From a virus (lineage: Duplodnaviria > Heunggongvirae > Uroviricota > Caudoviricetes): a stretch of 64,000 nucleotides of DNA. Position numbers and translations under genes: made by a program. Positions 30,002 to 39,715 of this stretch are shown piece by piece. The stretch lies in the IMG/VR virus record IMGVR_UViG_3300037455_000372, positions 267,710 through 331,709 of that record, one strand, 5' to 3'. The notes under the pieces were generated by a model. That model had not been told where the DNA came from, searched no databases, and saw only the letters and a list, made by a program, of their open reading frames with translations. Within the stretch, counting starts at the first letter, position 1; each line of letters opens with the position of its first letter.

Positions 30002-30003
30002 CA

Positions 30004-30708
30004 ATGATTAAGCTCAGTAAAGGTGGCAGCATTAAGCTGAAGAAAGACACCGATTCCCTCACCCACATCTTCGTCGGTATGGGTTGGGAAATCGCCAAAG
30101 GCAGTCGTACCGTGACTCGTGAAGTTCCGGTAAAGTCCATCGGAAACCTTTTCCGTAAGCTGTTCGGCTGCGAACTCGTTACCAAGACCGTCACCGAAAC
30201 CATCACTCGTCGCACAAATGGCGAGTATGACTTGGACGCATCTTGCGTATTGCTCAACAAGGATGGTTATCCGATCGGTCGCCGTATTGAAGAAAATATG
30301 GTCTGCTATCACAACAAGGAAGTCAGCGGCATCAAGCACGGTGGCGACAACTTGACCGGTAGCGACGGCGAACACGATGATGAAGTCATCGATATCAAGT
30401 TGACCGAGGTTCGTAAGGAAACTGCAACGATTGTGGTCTTTATGAACATCTATCAGGCAGAAAACAAGAAACAGTCGTTCCGTGACCTTACCAAGGCTTA
30501 CCTCCGTATCGTGAACGCGGCCAATAACGAAGAATTGTGTCGTTATGACCTCACTCAGTTCAACGAGAAGGACACGGCTCTCGTTCTCGGCAAGTTGACT
30601 CGCGAAGGCAATGAATGGACGTTTACCGCAATCGGTAACTCCCTCAAGGCCAATTACCCGATCGAAGTAGTCAACCAGCTCAACTCCAAAATTCTTAACA
30701 ACAACTAA
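30004..30708 (+). CDS. TerD family protein 1
   Basis: LSKG, VGMGW, DLDAS, GDNLTG, DDE; GNLFRKLFG insert. Confidence 0.9.
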   Translation: MIKLSKGGSIKLKKDTDSLTHIFVGMGWEIAKGSRTVTREVPVKSIGNLFRKLFGCELVTKTVTETITRRTNGEYDLDASCVLLNKDGYPIGRRIEENMVCYHNKEVSGIKHGGDNLTGSDGEHDDEVIDIKLTEVRKETATIVVFMNIYQAENKKQSFRDLTKAYLRIVNAANNEELCRYDLTQFNEKDTALVLGKLTREGNEWTFTAIGNSLKANYPIEVVNQLNSKILNNN

Positions 30709-30723
30709 CAAAGAGGTACAACA

Positions 30724-31287
30724 ATGTCCATCAATCTTTCCAAAGGTGAAAACCACGTTCTCGACAAAAACACCCAGACTGCCTTGATTGGCTTGGGCTG
30801 GGATGCGAAATCCGGTTCCGGTGCCGCATTTGACCTTGACGCTTCCGTGATTGCTCTCACGGCAAACGGCAAGATTGCGTCCGACTCCGATGTCATCTAC
30901 TTCAACAACAAGAAGCACTCCAGTGGTGCTATCGTCCACAGCGGCGACAACCTCACTGGTGCTGGCGACGGTGATGACGAAACCATCAAGCTCGACTTCT
31001 CCAAGATGCCGGAAAATATCGAACGCCTCGTGGTCGTGGTCAACATCTACAAGGCCGATGAACGCAACCAGAACTTCGGTCAGGTGAACAACGCCTACGT
31101 CCGCCTCGTGAACACCACCGGCGGCAAGAACGAAGAAGAACTCCGCTTCGACCTTACCGAAGACTACTCTGGCTCTACCGGCATCCGTATGGCTGACATC
31201 TACCGCCACAACGGTGAATGGAAGATGAAGGCTATCGGCGAAGGTACGAAGTGCGGCCTTGGTGACTTCATCAATCAGTTCAAGTAA
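30724..31287 (+). CDS. terD: TerD family protein 2
   Basis: IGLGWD, FDLDAS, YFNN, GDNLTGAGDGDDE, QNFGQV, YRHNGEWK. Confidence 0.92.
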   Translation: MSINLSKGENHVLDKNTQTALIGLGWDAKSGSGAAFDLDASVIALTANGKIASDSDVIYFNNKKHSSGAIVHSGDNLTGAGDGDDETIKLDFSKMPENIERLVVVVNIYKADERNQNFGQVNNAYVRLVNTTGGKNEEELRFDLTEDYSGSTGIRMADIYRHNGEWKMKAIGEGTKCGLGDFINQFK

Positions 31288-31301
31288 TAAGAAGGCTAAC
31301 A

Positions 31302-31910
31302 ATGGCAGTTAAATTGGCTAAGAAAGGCAACGTCATCGCTCTCTCGAAGGGTGTGAAGTATGCCATGATTGGTCTTGGCTGGTCTTGCGGTGCGCAGCAA
31401 GTTGACCTTGATGCGTCCGCATTCCTTCTCGGTGCCGACGGAAAGTGTGCGTCTGACGACGACATCATTTTCTACGGAATGGAAGCCGAAGACAAGACCC
31501 ATTACAGTGGTGGTATTCGTTATGGTGGCGACAGTCTCGCCGGTGGATCTGGTTCTTCCGATGATGAAAACCTCTTCATCGATTTCGACAAGATTCCCGA
31601 CCACATCACGACGATTGACATCACGGTGACTATCTACAAGTGGAAGAAGCGTCACCAGACCTTCGGTATGGTTAAGAACGCTTATTGCCGCGTGGTCTCT
31701 ACCGACGAAAAGTTCCGTCCGGATGGAAACGAAGAACTCCGCTTCGACCTGAAGGATGACTATCCGAGAGCAACCGCGATGTTGATGGCTCAGCTTATCA
31801 AGACCGGAAATACTTGGTCGTTCAAGGCCGCTGGCCAAGACTATACCAACGCTGGCTTGAACAAGCTCTGTCAAGACCGTGGTCTCGAAACCGATGGTGG
31901 GGACGACTAA
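31302..31910 (+). CDS. TerD family protein 3
   Basis: IGLGW, DLDASA, GDSLAG..DDE, QTFGMV, WSFKA. Confidence 0.9.
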   Translation: MAVKLAKKGNVIALSKGVKYAMIGLGWSCGAQQVDLDASAFLLGADGKCASDDDIIFYGMEAEDKTHYSGGIRYGGDSLAGGSGSSDDENLFIDFDKIPDHITTIDITVTIYKWKKRHQTFGMVKNAYCRVVSTDEKFRPDGNEELRFDLKDDYPRATAMLMAQLIKTGNTWSFKAAGQDYTNAGLNKLCQDRGLETDGGDD

Positions 31911-32317
31911 TGACCAAAAAGGTTCTGATTATTATCGGTGTGGTTGTTTACCTTTGCTTGGCTGTCCCGGCGGCTTATGGGCTGGTGAGGTTCTTTACCA
32001 GCGACGTGACTGGCGGCAAATGTGTGAAGGAATTCACCGTCGACAAGTTCCACCGTACTCAAGGCGTAGTTCATATCCCGTCTACGGTCATTGAGATTGA
32101 TGGAACCCAAGTGGTAATCCAGAATATGACGTGTGCCGAGTTCAAGAATCAGAAGGAAGTGAACGTTTTCCGTTACGCTCACCCGTACTTCTCGACTTAC
32201 TCGATCCTCATTCTGGTGTCCACGCTGACAGTAATCCTCGTCTGGCCTATCGCTGGTCTCTTCAACAAAATTTCGTTGAAGTACGAAGCTTGGCAAGAAA
32301 ACCGCAAGAAGAAGTAA
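31910..32317 (+). CDS. two-TM membrane protein
   Basis: TAATG coupling; hydrophobic N- and C-terminal segments. Confidence 0.65.
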   Translation: MTKKVLIIIGVVVYLCLAVPAAYGLVRFFTSDVTGGKCVKEFTVDKFHRTQGVVHIPSTVIEIDGTQVVIQNMTCAEFKNQKEVNVFRYAHPYFSTYSILILVSTLTVILVWPIAGLFNKISLKYEAWQENRKKK

Positions 32318-32334
32318 GCAATCCATATAGCAAC

Positions 32335-32369
32335 AAAGTGCCGTACGAGTCCTTCGTGCGGTGCTTTTT
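32335..32369 (+). terminator. intrinsic terminator
   Basis: GTGCCGTACGA/TCGTGCGGTGC + T run. Confidence 0.65.
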
Positions 32370-32425
32370 CTATTTTATACGCCTTTTCTATTGACATCGT
32401 AAACCGATTATATTATATTTAGGCT

Positions 32426-32902
32426 ATGCATAAAGAATATGACTCTGCCCCAGCTACTTTTAAGCACATCGACTTGGTTTTCCAAAACTTGTCGAAGTTT
32501 TCTACCGAACTTTTAAAGCGTGGCCATCTCCACGACCGGACGAAGCTGCTTCCGCCGGAGAAGGCCGATTTTGACAAGAATACCCGTAACCTTGGCAAGA
32601 TGGTATACAATTCGCCAGAATACAAGCAATCCAAGAAGAATATGAAGGAATGCCTGGATCACCATTACGCCGTGAATGACCATCACCCGGAGCATTTCCA
32701 GAAAGTCGACGATATGAACTTGTTCCAGCTCATCGAGATGTTCTGCGACTGGTGTGCATCGGTAAGGCGTAGCAAGGACGGAAGTATCTACCGCTCGCTT
32801 TTGGTAAACAAAAAACGGTTCAAGTTGTCTAAGCAAGTGTACAACTTGATGAAGAACACTGCGGACGTTTTCTGCGACAAGAAGACTAAACGCAAACAGT
32901 AG
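32426..32902 (+). CDS. DUF5662 (HD-like) family protein
   Basis: HDRTKL, HHY..NDHHPEH, LIEMFCDW; leaderless after TTGACA-17-TATATT. Confidence 0.8.
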   Translation: MHKEYDSAPATFKHIDLVFQNLSKFSTELLKRGHLHDRTKLLPPEKADFDKNTRNLGKMVYNSPEYKQSKKNMKECLDHHYAVNDHHPEHFQKVDDMNLFQLIEMFCDWCASVRRSKDGSIYRSLLVNKKRFKLSKQVYNLMKNTADVFCDKKTKRKQ

Positions 32903-32935
32903 GGAAGGCTGTCTCCTTCCCCAACAGGAGGAACT

Positions 32936-33079
32936 ATGGACGAAATCCAGAATCCGGTGACCAAGTTAGGTGAAGGAGTTCAGTTCGACCGTGTCCGTCG
33001 TCAGGAATCTGATGTCGGGTTCGAAACAGTCCGAAGTGAATACAATCCGAATGAAAACCTTATTAGCAATTCCAAATAA
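32936..33079 (+). CDS. 47 aa hypothetical peptide (MDEIQNPV...)
   Basis: AGGAGG RBS; overlaps start of GT gene. Confidence 0.5.
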   Translation: MDEIQNPVTKLGEGVQFDRVRRQESDVGFETVRSEYNPNENLISNSK

Positions 33080-33968
33080 AGAACAGGTAAAGTACCTAGA
33101 ACAGATGGTCGCGCATATAGAAGCTATGTCCGTTAAGCCGGACAAGGTTCTGTATCTGCAAGACCGACCGTCCGCCCGTGAGATGGTGGACTGCAGAAAG
33201 ATTTTGTCCGGAAACTCGCTGATCGAGCAAGTCGTCGTCAGAGACCAGCCGGAACATATGGGTCATCCGCAGATGGTCTACGGCGAGTACCATTTCTTGA
33301 CTGGTCACGTCCGCGAAGTTGCCATCGACTATATGGTGAAGAACGGCTACGATATCATCGTCTTCATCGACGGTGACTGCCTCCCTGAACCAGACCTGAT
33401 TAAAGGCCACGCGGCTATCCTAGGAACCGCTGGCGGTGCCGCAGTTACCATCGGTCAGCGCAAGGAGTATATGCACGGCTGGGTAGACCAGCGAATGACC
33501 AACAATAGCAAGATGGAAATCTTCTTCAAAGAGCCGACCGAAGTCAAGAACGAAGGCTATTTCGTCGATTCGGGCGTCGTATGGACTTGCAATTTCGGAA
33601 TGAACGCCGCTGCAGTTACGCATCTTCGTAGGCTCAATCAGCTACTTTACAGCCGTTACGAGACCTTCCACAGCGATTTCCTCGGTACTTGGGGTGGGGA
33701 GGACGGTTTTATCGGAATGGAATGCTTCTATACCGGTCTTCCGGTATATGCGCTTCCGATAGGCGACAACGGCATCAAGCACCAGTACCACGACAGACGC
33801 TCCGCAAAATACCAGCACGTTTCCTTTATCTCGTTCCTTGAGGCTCATAGGGAGCAGCTGATTTTCTTGCTGAATCTGTACAAGGTGAATCCAAAACCGA
33901 TCGAGTTCTTACCGAGGTCGGAAATTCTGGTCAAGTTTGGGCTTGTCGAAACCGAGGATCAATCCTAA
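33051..33968 (+). CDS. GT-A fold glycosyltransferase (family 2/7-like)
   Basis: IVFIDGDCLP, WTCNF, WGGED, HQYH motifs; start reassigned to 33051. Confidence 0.8.
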   Translation: MKTLLAIPNKEQVKYLEQMVAHIEAMSVKPDKVLYLQDRPSAREMVDCRKILSGNSLIEQVVVRDQPEHMGHPQMVYGEYHFLTGHVREVAIDYMVKNGYDIIVFIDGDCLPEPDLIKGHAAILGTAGGAAVTIGQRKEYMHGWVDQRMTNNSKMEIFFKEPTEVKNEGYFVDSGVVWTCNFGMNAAAVTHLRRLNQLLYSRYETFHSDFLGTWGGEDGFIGMECFYTGLPVYALPIGDNGIKHQYHDRRSAKYQHVSFISFLEAHREQLIFLLNLYKVNPKPIEFLPRSEILVKFGLVETEDQS

Positions 33969-34026
33969 AATGACCTAATTTGGCATCGGAATTATATAAA
34001 CTGCAAACAGCAACAGAGAAGTTCCT

Positions 34027-36390
34027 ATGCCAGTAAATCCAAAGCTTATTACTAAAGTCGCATACCAAATTCTGGGAATTCCGGAATGCAAGAGTTGCGG
34101 TATAACGCTGGATGTCAGCCATATGTCGACCAGTAAGTACCCCTTCGTTCTTCCATTCAACGGACCGGGTAATAGCGGTATGATGTTCCGTCTTGTGTTC
34201 AACCCCAAGGGTGAGTTCATCGGGTTCAATGACGGAAAAACGACTCGCCAGATTACGGTTTCCGAAGATGGAACCTTGTCTGAAGACGACTTGAAGTGGC
34301 TAGAAGGTGAACTGAACAAACGAAACGTGACGCTCAGGTCGGTCATTATCAAGCTGATGACTTCTGAAAAGAATATGGAGTCCGAGCGCGGCGTCAACTA
34401 TTATGAACAGTTCCCGAAATTCTCTCTTCGACAGATGTTGTCGATTCCTCGCTTGTTCAACTTGGTCAAGGCATATTTCGAAAAGTCTGGACGCAAGGTA
34501 AATGACGCGGCTCTGAAGGAAGAGCTGAAAACAAAGAGCGAAGAATATCTCCACGATATTTTCGCCGATGCTTTCAAGAACTTTATGTCGATTAAGGGTC
34601 TCCCGGTTTCCGAGGACATCGTGGACAACGCGCTGAACAACAACCGTGTAGAATTCGTGAAGCTTGTGCAGAAAGGCATCGAACCGTTTAAGGCCGTTAA
34701 GTATCTTTTCAACAAGAATGGCGAAATCGAGCATATCAATACCGACGACATCGTGGTTATAGAAACCCGTTCTAAGCTGCAAGGAACTCTCGGCGATCCA
34801 GGCGACCCTCGCCTTTCCGCTATGCTTACGGCTCCGCTGAACAAGAATACGAGCTTGCTTGTCGACGTAGGCTACCTCCAAAACGGAGAAAATGTCGAAC
34901 TGTTCTACCGTGTCGGCATTGTCGCTGGCAATGTTGTATTGACTCGTTATACGAAACCGGACGAAAACGGAAACCAGAAGTTGAGTTCTGTACAGTCAAA
35001 GACGACGCTGGAAGATTTCGCTGGCATCAACGACTGGGTTGGTTCTACGGTGTCTTCAACTTTCGAAGTCGACCACGACGTGGAGGAAACCAAGCCGGGT
35101 AATATGAATATCTTCCTAGGCGACGCGCCGGAATATCCTCGCGAACTGAACAATATGTTCGAACAGATGAAGATGAAGGGAACATTGACCGAATTTTCAG
35201 CCGAGGAAGTTACAAGCAACTACTTCTCGAATACGATTGTGTCTGCAAGGTTCGGAAAGTTCCCGAACTCTATGGGCAGCAAGGGTATCGAGTACAAGGT
35301 GTCCGGTTATGACCGTCCCGTTGTGATTATGGGATTCAAGGACATTGAAGAATTTGGTACTAGCACGTCCATTAACGTGGATTCGAGCGCACCGGTTGAA
35401 ATCCAATACTTGGCTCTATATCGCGGAGCCGGTGATTATTCGACCAAGGTCGCCAAGGATGTAGGCCAAGCGTTTGCTATTGCTCGTTCGCTGTGCGCCG
35501 CGTATATGGTCGCGTTTGACTTCATCCGTGGCCTTCCCAATATGCTTGGCGAGATCGAGAATACGCCGAATACCATTATCAGCACTGACGAGATTTTTGC
35601 GCAGTTGTCGTTTATGCCGTGGTTTGACGAGATGCACAGACAAGTCGTCGCCAAGATGATGGTTGGTTCTGGAATCACCCATAAGAATATGATGCTCGAA
35701 GCTAACGTCAGATACAACGACGACGGAAGCTGCAATGTTGTTGTCGGTGTGAAGAAGAACAGCGTGTCCAACAATGTCAACATCTTGAATCTGGACGATA
35801 CGCCGCTCGATGACGTTATGAGTGACCCGGAAAACGAGAACTATCAAAAAATCGTAAATATGGTTCAGCCGGTTGTAACGAGTTCCGATTTCGGTTCGAC
35901 GAAAATGAATATGTCCAAGGAAGCCGACTCCGCAGCAGAGGCTAACCGCCAAGGCGATGCGAAGATTCGTGAACACTGGATTAAGAAATCGACACCTGAA
36001 GTCGACCAGTCAAACGCTATGGCCAAGATTACACAGTGTAAGGAAGCGTTCAATAACACATTTGCCAAGTATGGCATACCGTTTAATCTTAGCGAAACAG
36101 CGGTTAGCAGAAACCGTCAGAACAACTCCGTCATTGCAGCCGCGTTCACCGTTGACGATGGTGATAGCGGCGAGTTTAATGCGGTTCCGTCTATGGATCA
36201 GCAGGGTTCGAAAAACGGTGATAGCAATGTCTATTACAAGCAGAACCAAGCTACCATCCCGGTCGAGTACGCGAACCCGAACGCGGACAATAGCGTAATC
36301 CGATTCTCCGACGGCTTTGTCGAGAAATTTTTGTCGATTACCGGTGCGCTGCAGAGTTCTATCAAGACTCGGTCCGAACAGAATCAATAA
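34027..36390 (+). CDS. large hypothetical protein
   Basis: 787 aa; ATAAACT at 33996. Confidence 0.8.
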   Translation: MPVNPKLITKVAYQILGIPECKSCGITLDVSHMSTSKYPFVLPFNGPGNSGMMFRLVFNPKGEFIGFNDGKTTRQITVSEDGTLSEDDLKWLEGELNKRNVTLRSVIIKLMTSEKNMESERGVNYYEQFPKFSLRQMLSIPRLFNLVKAYFEKSGRKVNDAALKEELKTKSEEYLHDIFADAFKNFMSIKGLPVSEDIVDNALNNNRVEFVKLVQKGIEPFKAVKYLFNKNGEIEHINTDDIVVIETRSKLQGTLGDPGDPRLSAMLTAPLNKNTSLLVDVGYLQNGENVELFYRVGIVAGNVVLTRYTKPDENGNQKLSSVQSKTTLEDFAGINDWVGSTVSSTFEVDHDVEETKPGNMNIFLGDAPEYPRELNNMFEQMKMKGTLTEFSAEEVTSNYFSNTIVSARFGKFPNSMGSKGIEYKVSGYDRPVVIMGFKDIEEFGTSTSINVDSSAPVEIQYLALYRGAGDYSTKVAKDVGQAFAIARSLCAAYMVAFDFIRGLPNMLGEIENTPNTIISTDEIFAQLSFMPWFDEMHRQVVAKMMVGSGITHKNMMLEANVRYNDDGSCNVVVGVKKNSVSNNVNILNLDDTPLDDVMSDPENENYQKIVNMVQPVVTSSDFGSTKMNMSKEADSAAEANRQGDAKIREHWIKKSTPEVDQSNAMAKITQCKEAFNNTFAKYGIPFNLSETAVSRNRQNNSVIAAAFTVDDGDSGEFNAVPSMDQQGSKNGDSNVYYKQNQATIPVEYANPNADNSVIRFSDGFVEKFLSITGALQSSIKTRSEQNQ

Positions 36391-36419
36391 AAAGAACGCC
36401 GCTTTTAAGCGGCGTTTTT
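36391..36419. terminator. bidirectional terminator
   Basis: AAGAACGCCGCTT/AAGCGGCGTTTTT between convergent genes. Confidence 0.8.
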
Positions 36420-36420
36420 G

Positions 36421-37653
36421 TTACCAAGAGAACGTTTTCTGGTATTTATCAGCTGTATCTAGGATTCGCTGGAAATATCCTGGATCCTTCGATTTGCTTG
36501 ATGACTTTTTATCCTTATCATTACCATTTCCGTCCAAATCGTCATCACCGTCATCGCCACCCCAGTTGAAGTCGTCCTTGTCATCTGGGTTCTCTCCACC
36601 GTTCTGGTTTCCTTGCTGGTTATTGTTACCGTTCAGTGAACGGACGTGTTGAGAAATCGCGGCTTGGACATAGCGGTAAGCAGCGTTACGGGTATCGTCG
36701 TCGGCGTCGTCAAGGATAGGAGACTGGATAGCATTGAAATATTCGTCAGCCTTCTCGTTGATTTCGTTCTGTGTCATCTGCGGGTTATTACAATCCGCCG
36801 GAATGCGGTCGGAGTAATCTTCCTTGAACTTCGCGACAAATTCCTTGTACATCTGTTGCTGAGTTTTTGGCTGGTTATCTTCCGGCTGCTGCTGATTCTG
36901 CTGATTATCCGGCTGTGGCTGGTTGCCTTGCTGGTTCTGACCGTTATTGACCGGCTGTTCTTGCTTAGGCTGTTCTTCTTTCTTGGGTTCCGTCGTGTTG
37001 GACTCCGGAGGAACGCCTTGACCCATTTCGTCACCGGCTGGCTGCTGGTTTTCGTCGGGTTTCTGCTCTTGTTTGGCTTGCTTGTTCTTTTCGCGAGTAG
37101 CCTTAGCCTTCTCGGCACGTTCCTTGGCGGCTTTGTCAAGAGCTTCGATGCTCATATCCTTGCCGTCGGCGGCCTTCTTGACATAGTCAAGCATCTGGTT
37201 GATTGCGTCTTGGAACGAATTCTTCTGGCTCTTGTGGATATTCGTGTACTTACGGTTCTTCAAGCCTTCGGCGAGGAACTTCGCCACACTGGACTTGTAC
37301 GCGGCACGCTTTGCGTTGATCGTGACAGTCTTCGAACCTTCATCAAAGGTAACGACTTGGTCGCCGTCCTTGTTGAACACCAGAGTCCACGGAATATCGC
37401 CACTTGCTTCAACGGTGAACGGTTCTCCGTCACCGTAAACGAGCTGGGCGAGCTTGATACGGTTTTCCTTTCCAGACGGGGAGTCGGGTCCGAACACGTC
37501 GCCGACATCACCAGCCGAAATTGGCGGGACGGCGGCGTTAGACGAGGCCGGTTTCTTCTTGGCTTCGAATATCGAATTGGGGTTATCTTCTCCAGTCCGT
37601 TCGAAAATCCTGTCAAAGGCGTCTAGCAAGTTGCATCCGATATCAGTCAGCAT
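36421..37653 (-). CDS. hypothetical protein with Q/N/D low-complexity regions
   Basis: 410 aa; ATAAACT upstream on minus strand. Confidence 0.75.
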   Translation of the reverse strand: MLTDIGCNLLDAFDRIFERTGEDNPNSIFEAKKKPASSNAAVPPISAGDVGDVFGPDSPSGKENRIKLAQLVYGDGEPFTVEASGDIPWTLVFNKDGDQVVTFDEGSKTVTINAKRAAYKSSVAKFLAEGLKNRKYTNIHKSQKNSFQDAINQMLDYVKKAADGKDMSIEALDKAAKERAEKAKATREKNKQAKQEQKPDENQQPAGDEMGQGVPPESNTTEPKKEEQPKQEQPVNNGQNQQGNQPQPDNQQNQQQPEDNQPKTQQQMYKEFVAKFKEDYSDRIPADCNNPQMTQNEINEKADEYFNAIQSPILDDADDDTRNAAYRYVQAAISQHVRSLNGNNNQQGNQNGGENPDDKDDFNWGGDDGDDDLDGNGNDKDKKSSSKSKDPGYFQRILDTADKYQKTFSW

Positions 37654-37740
37654 AGCGTAACCAAGTTTCTTTATTCAGAGTTTATACGTTTTGAGCTAGT
37701 TTCTGCCGTATAAACTCCTTTAAAAGGATGCGAGGTGGAT

Positions 37741-38700
37741 ATGACACCAGAAACTATTTCGGAACGCGAGTCTAAATTCGCTCTCAAACTAATCGATTCA
37801 ACCGCGAAACAGTTCACCGCCGGAACCAAGATTGGCATAGGCAACGATTTCGCAATTACTCCGATTTCCACCTCGTTCAAGTCATACTATTACCAGACAA
37901 AGACGGAAAAGAAGCAGATCTGCCTCCATTTCACCGTAGGCGTGCTTCCGGGCGACATTGCCACCCTTACCAAGGCCGACAACCATATGTCCGTCCAGTA
38001 CGTCGTAGACCGCCTAGGATTCATCTACAGGCTGTTTCCGGATGACTACTGGAGCTATCACCTTGGTGCCACCGCGATAGGCGGAAACTCGGTTATGTCT
38101 AAACAGTCCATCGGCATCGAGATCTCTAACTACGGTCCGCTCCGCTTCAAGGACGGAAAGTACCTCGACGCTTACGGCAACACATACACTACCGACGTTT
38201 CGCTGGTAGACTCGGTCTCCTACCGTGGCTATGACTATTATGCGAAGATGACGGAGCGTCAGAAGGAAGCCGTCGCACGTCTGCTCGTATATCTGTCCGA
38301 ACGTCACAACATCCCGCTGAAGTTCAAGGACTACATCGGCGATGTGTTCGGGTCGGCTGAAGAGGCCGTCGCGTTCCGTGGGATTTTCTGTCACAGCAAT
38401 GTCCGTCCGGACAAGTATGACCTTCCTCCCGAAATGACGCTGCAAATCAAGGACGTGCTCGACAATATCACCAAGCCGTCCGACCCGGTACCGCCGAAGG
38501 AAGAACCCAAGGAAGAACCGCCCAAAGAAGAGGCCGCACCGGTAGCAACGGCTCAAGAAGAACCTAAGCACGACTACCACGTCGAGGAAACCCCAAAAGG
38601 CGACCTAGTAATCGTCGACAAGGCTGCGACGCCTGTAGAGGCTCCCAAGAAGTCTTGGTGGCAGCGTCTGGTCGAATTTCTCCGAAGCGCGTTCGAATAG
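37741..38700 (+). CDS. N-acetylmuramoyl-L-alanine amidase (Amidase_2), probable endolysin
   Basis: ICLHFT, SYHLG, SIGIEI, HSNVRPDKYD; PKEE linker; amphipathic C-terminus; GAGG RBS. Confidence 0.85.
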   Translation: MTPETISERESKFALKLIDSTAKQFTAGTKIGIGNDFAITPISTSFKSYYYQTKTEKKQICLHFTVGVLPGDIATLTKADNHMSVQYVVDRLGFIYRLFPDDYWSYHLGATAIGGNSVMSKQSIGIEISNYGPLRFKDGKYLDAYGNTYTTDVSLVDSVSYRGYDYYAKMTERQKEAVARLLVYLSERHNIPLKFKDYIGDVFGSAEEAVAFRGIFCHSNVRPDKYDLPPEMTLQIKDVLDNITKPSDPVPPKEEPKEEPPKEEAAPVATAQEEPKHDYHVEETPKGDLVIVDKAATPVEAPKKSWWQRLVEFLRSAFE

Positions 38701-38736
38701 TTGCATCTACACTACGGAAATACTATATTTTCGGCT

Positions 38737-39225
38737 ATGATTGACATAACCGATAAATACGCATTTTTCTACACGGAATGGCCTAGCAACTTCTTCCGTG
38801 CTTCGTTCACCTACAAGGGTCAGAAGTTCTTCTGTTCCGAACAGGCTTTTATGTGGGAAAAAGCCATCAAGTTCGATGACCAAGCCACCGCAAAGAAGAT
38901 TCTCGCCGCTTCTACTCCTATGGAAGCCAAGAACCTCGGTCGAGAAGTCAAGAACTACGTTGACTCCGAATGGGACAAGGTGCGCTTCGACGTGATGTAC
39001 GAAGTGAACCTCGCCAAGTATTCCCAGAACGACGACATCAAGCGTCGTCTCCTTGACAAGAAGTTCGATGGCAAGACTTTCGTCGAAGCATCTCCCTATG
39101 ACGGCATCTGGGGAATCAAGCTCGGAATGGGTGACGCTCGTCTCCACGACGACAAGAACTGGAATGGCCAGAACTTGCTTGGGAAGGCCATAACCAAGGT
39201 TCGTGAAACTCTTCTGAAGGGTTGA
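38737..39225 (+). CDS. NADAR (YbiA-like) family protein
   Basis: SNF, SEQAFMWEKA, AKNLGR, VEASPYDGIWGI, GQNLLG. Confidence 0.92.
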   Translation: MIDITDKYAFFYTEWPSNFFRASFTYKGQKFFCSEQAFMWEKAIKFDDQATAKKILAASTPMEAKNLGREVKNYVDSEWDKVRFDVMYEVNLAKYSQNDDIKRRLLDKKFDGKTFVEASPYDGIWGIKLGMGDARLHDDKNWNGQNLLGKAITKVRETLLKG

Positions 39226-39226
39226 T

Positions 39227-39715
39227 ATGTTGACTCCGTTTCACTGGCCGGTGCTCGTCGCCTATGTGATTCTTGCCTTGTGGATCAATATGGTTCGCCG
39301 TATGGACAAATGGCTGGCCACGATGAACCACCGCATAGACGAATACAGGAAGCTTGAACAGGACTGGAACGGTTACGACGCACCGCCGTTCTCTGACAAG
39401 GTACTAAGTCGGACGTTCGACTTGATATTCGCGATGCGGTACACGTCGAACTTCTGCTGGTTCGAGGAATGGGAGCTTTCCCCGACTGGCCGAGGCACTA
39501 TCCAGATCGAATGTTCTCCGGACGGCTTCAACATCTTCAAGGACAAGAAGAAGATGTATATGGAAGTCGAGATATATGAGGACAAGTACGTCATATATTG
39601 CGAGGACGAGAACTGGGAAAAAGAATTCAAGTCTGTTGACGATGTAGTAGAGGTAATGCGTCGATGGACACCCAAATCATTTTTCAAATATGCTAGATTG
39701 AGGTCTTTATGGTAA
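39227..39715 (+). CDS. hypothetical protein with N-terminal TM
   Basis: 162 aa; WNGYDA motif. Confidence 0.65.
   Translation: MLTPFHWPVLVAYVILALWINMVRRMDKWLATMNHRIDEYRKLEQDWNGYDAPPFSDKVLSRTFDLIFAMRYTSNFCWFEEWELSPTGRGTIQIECSPDGFNIFKDKKKMYMEVEIYEDKYVIYCEDENWEKEFKSVDDVVEVMRRWTPKSFFKYARLRSLW

Noticed and set aside
30004-31910. Complete tellurite-resistance operon
   Set aside because: No terB, terC or terA-like genes are seen; only TerD-family paralogs.
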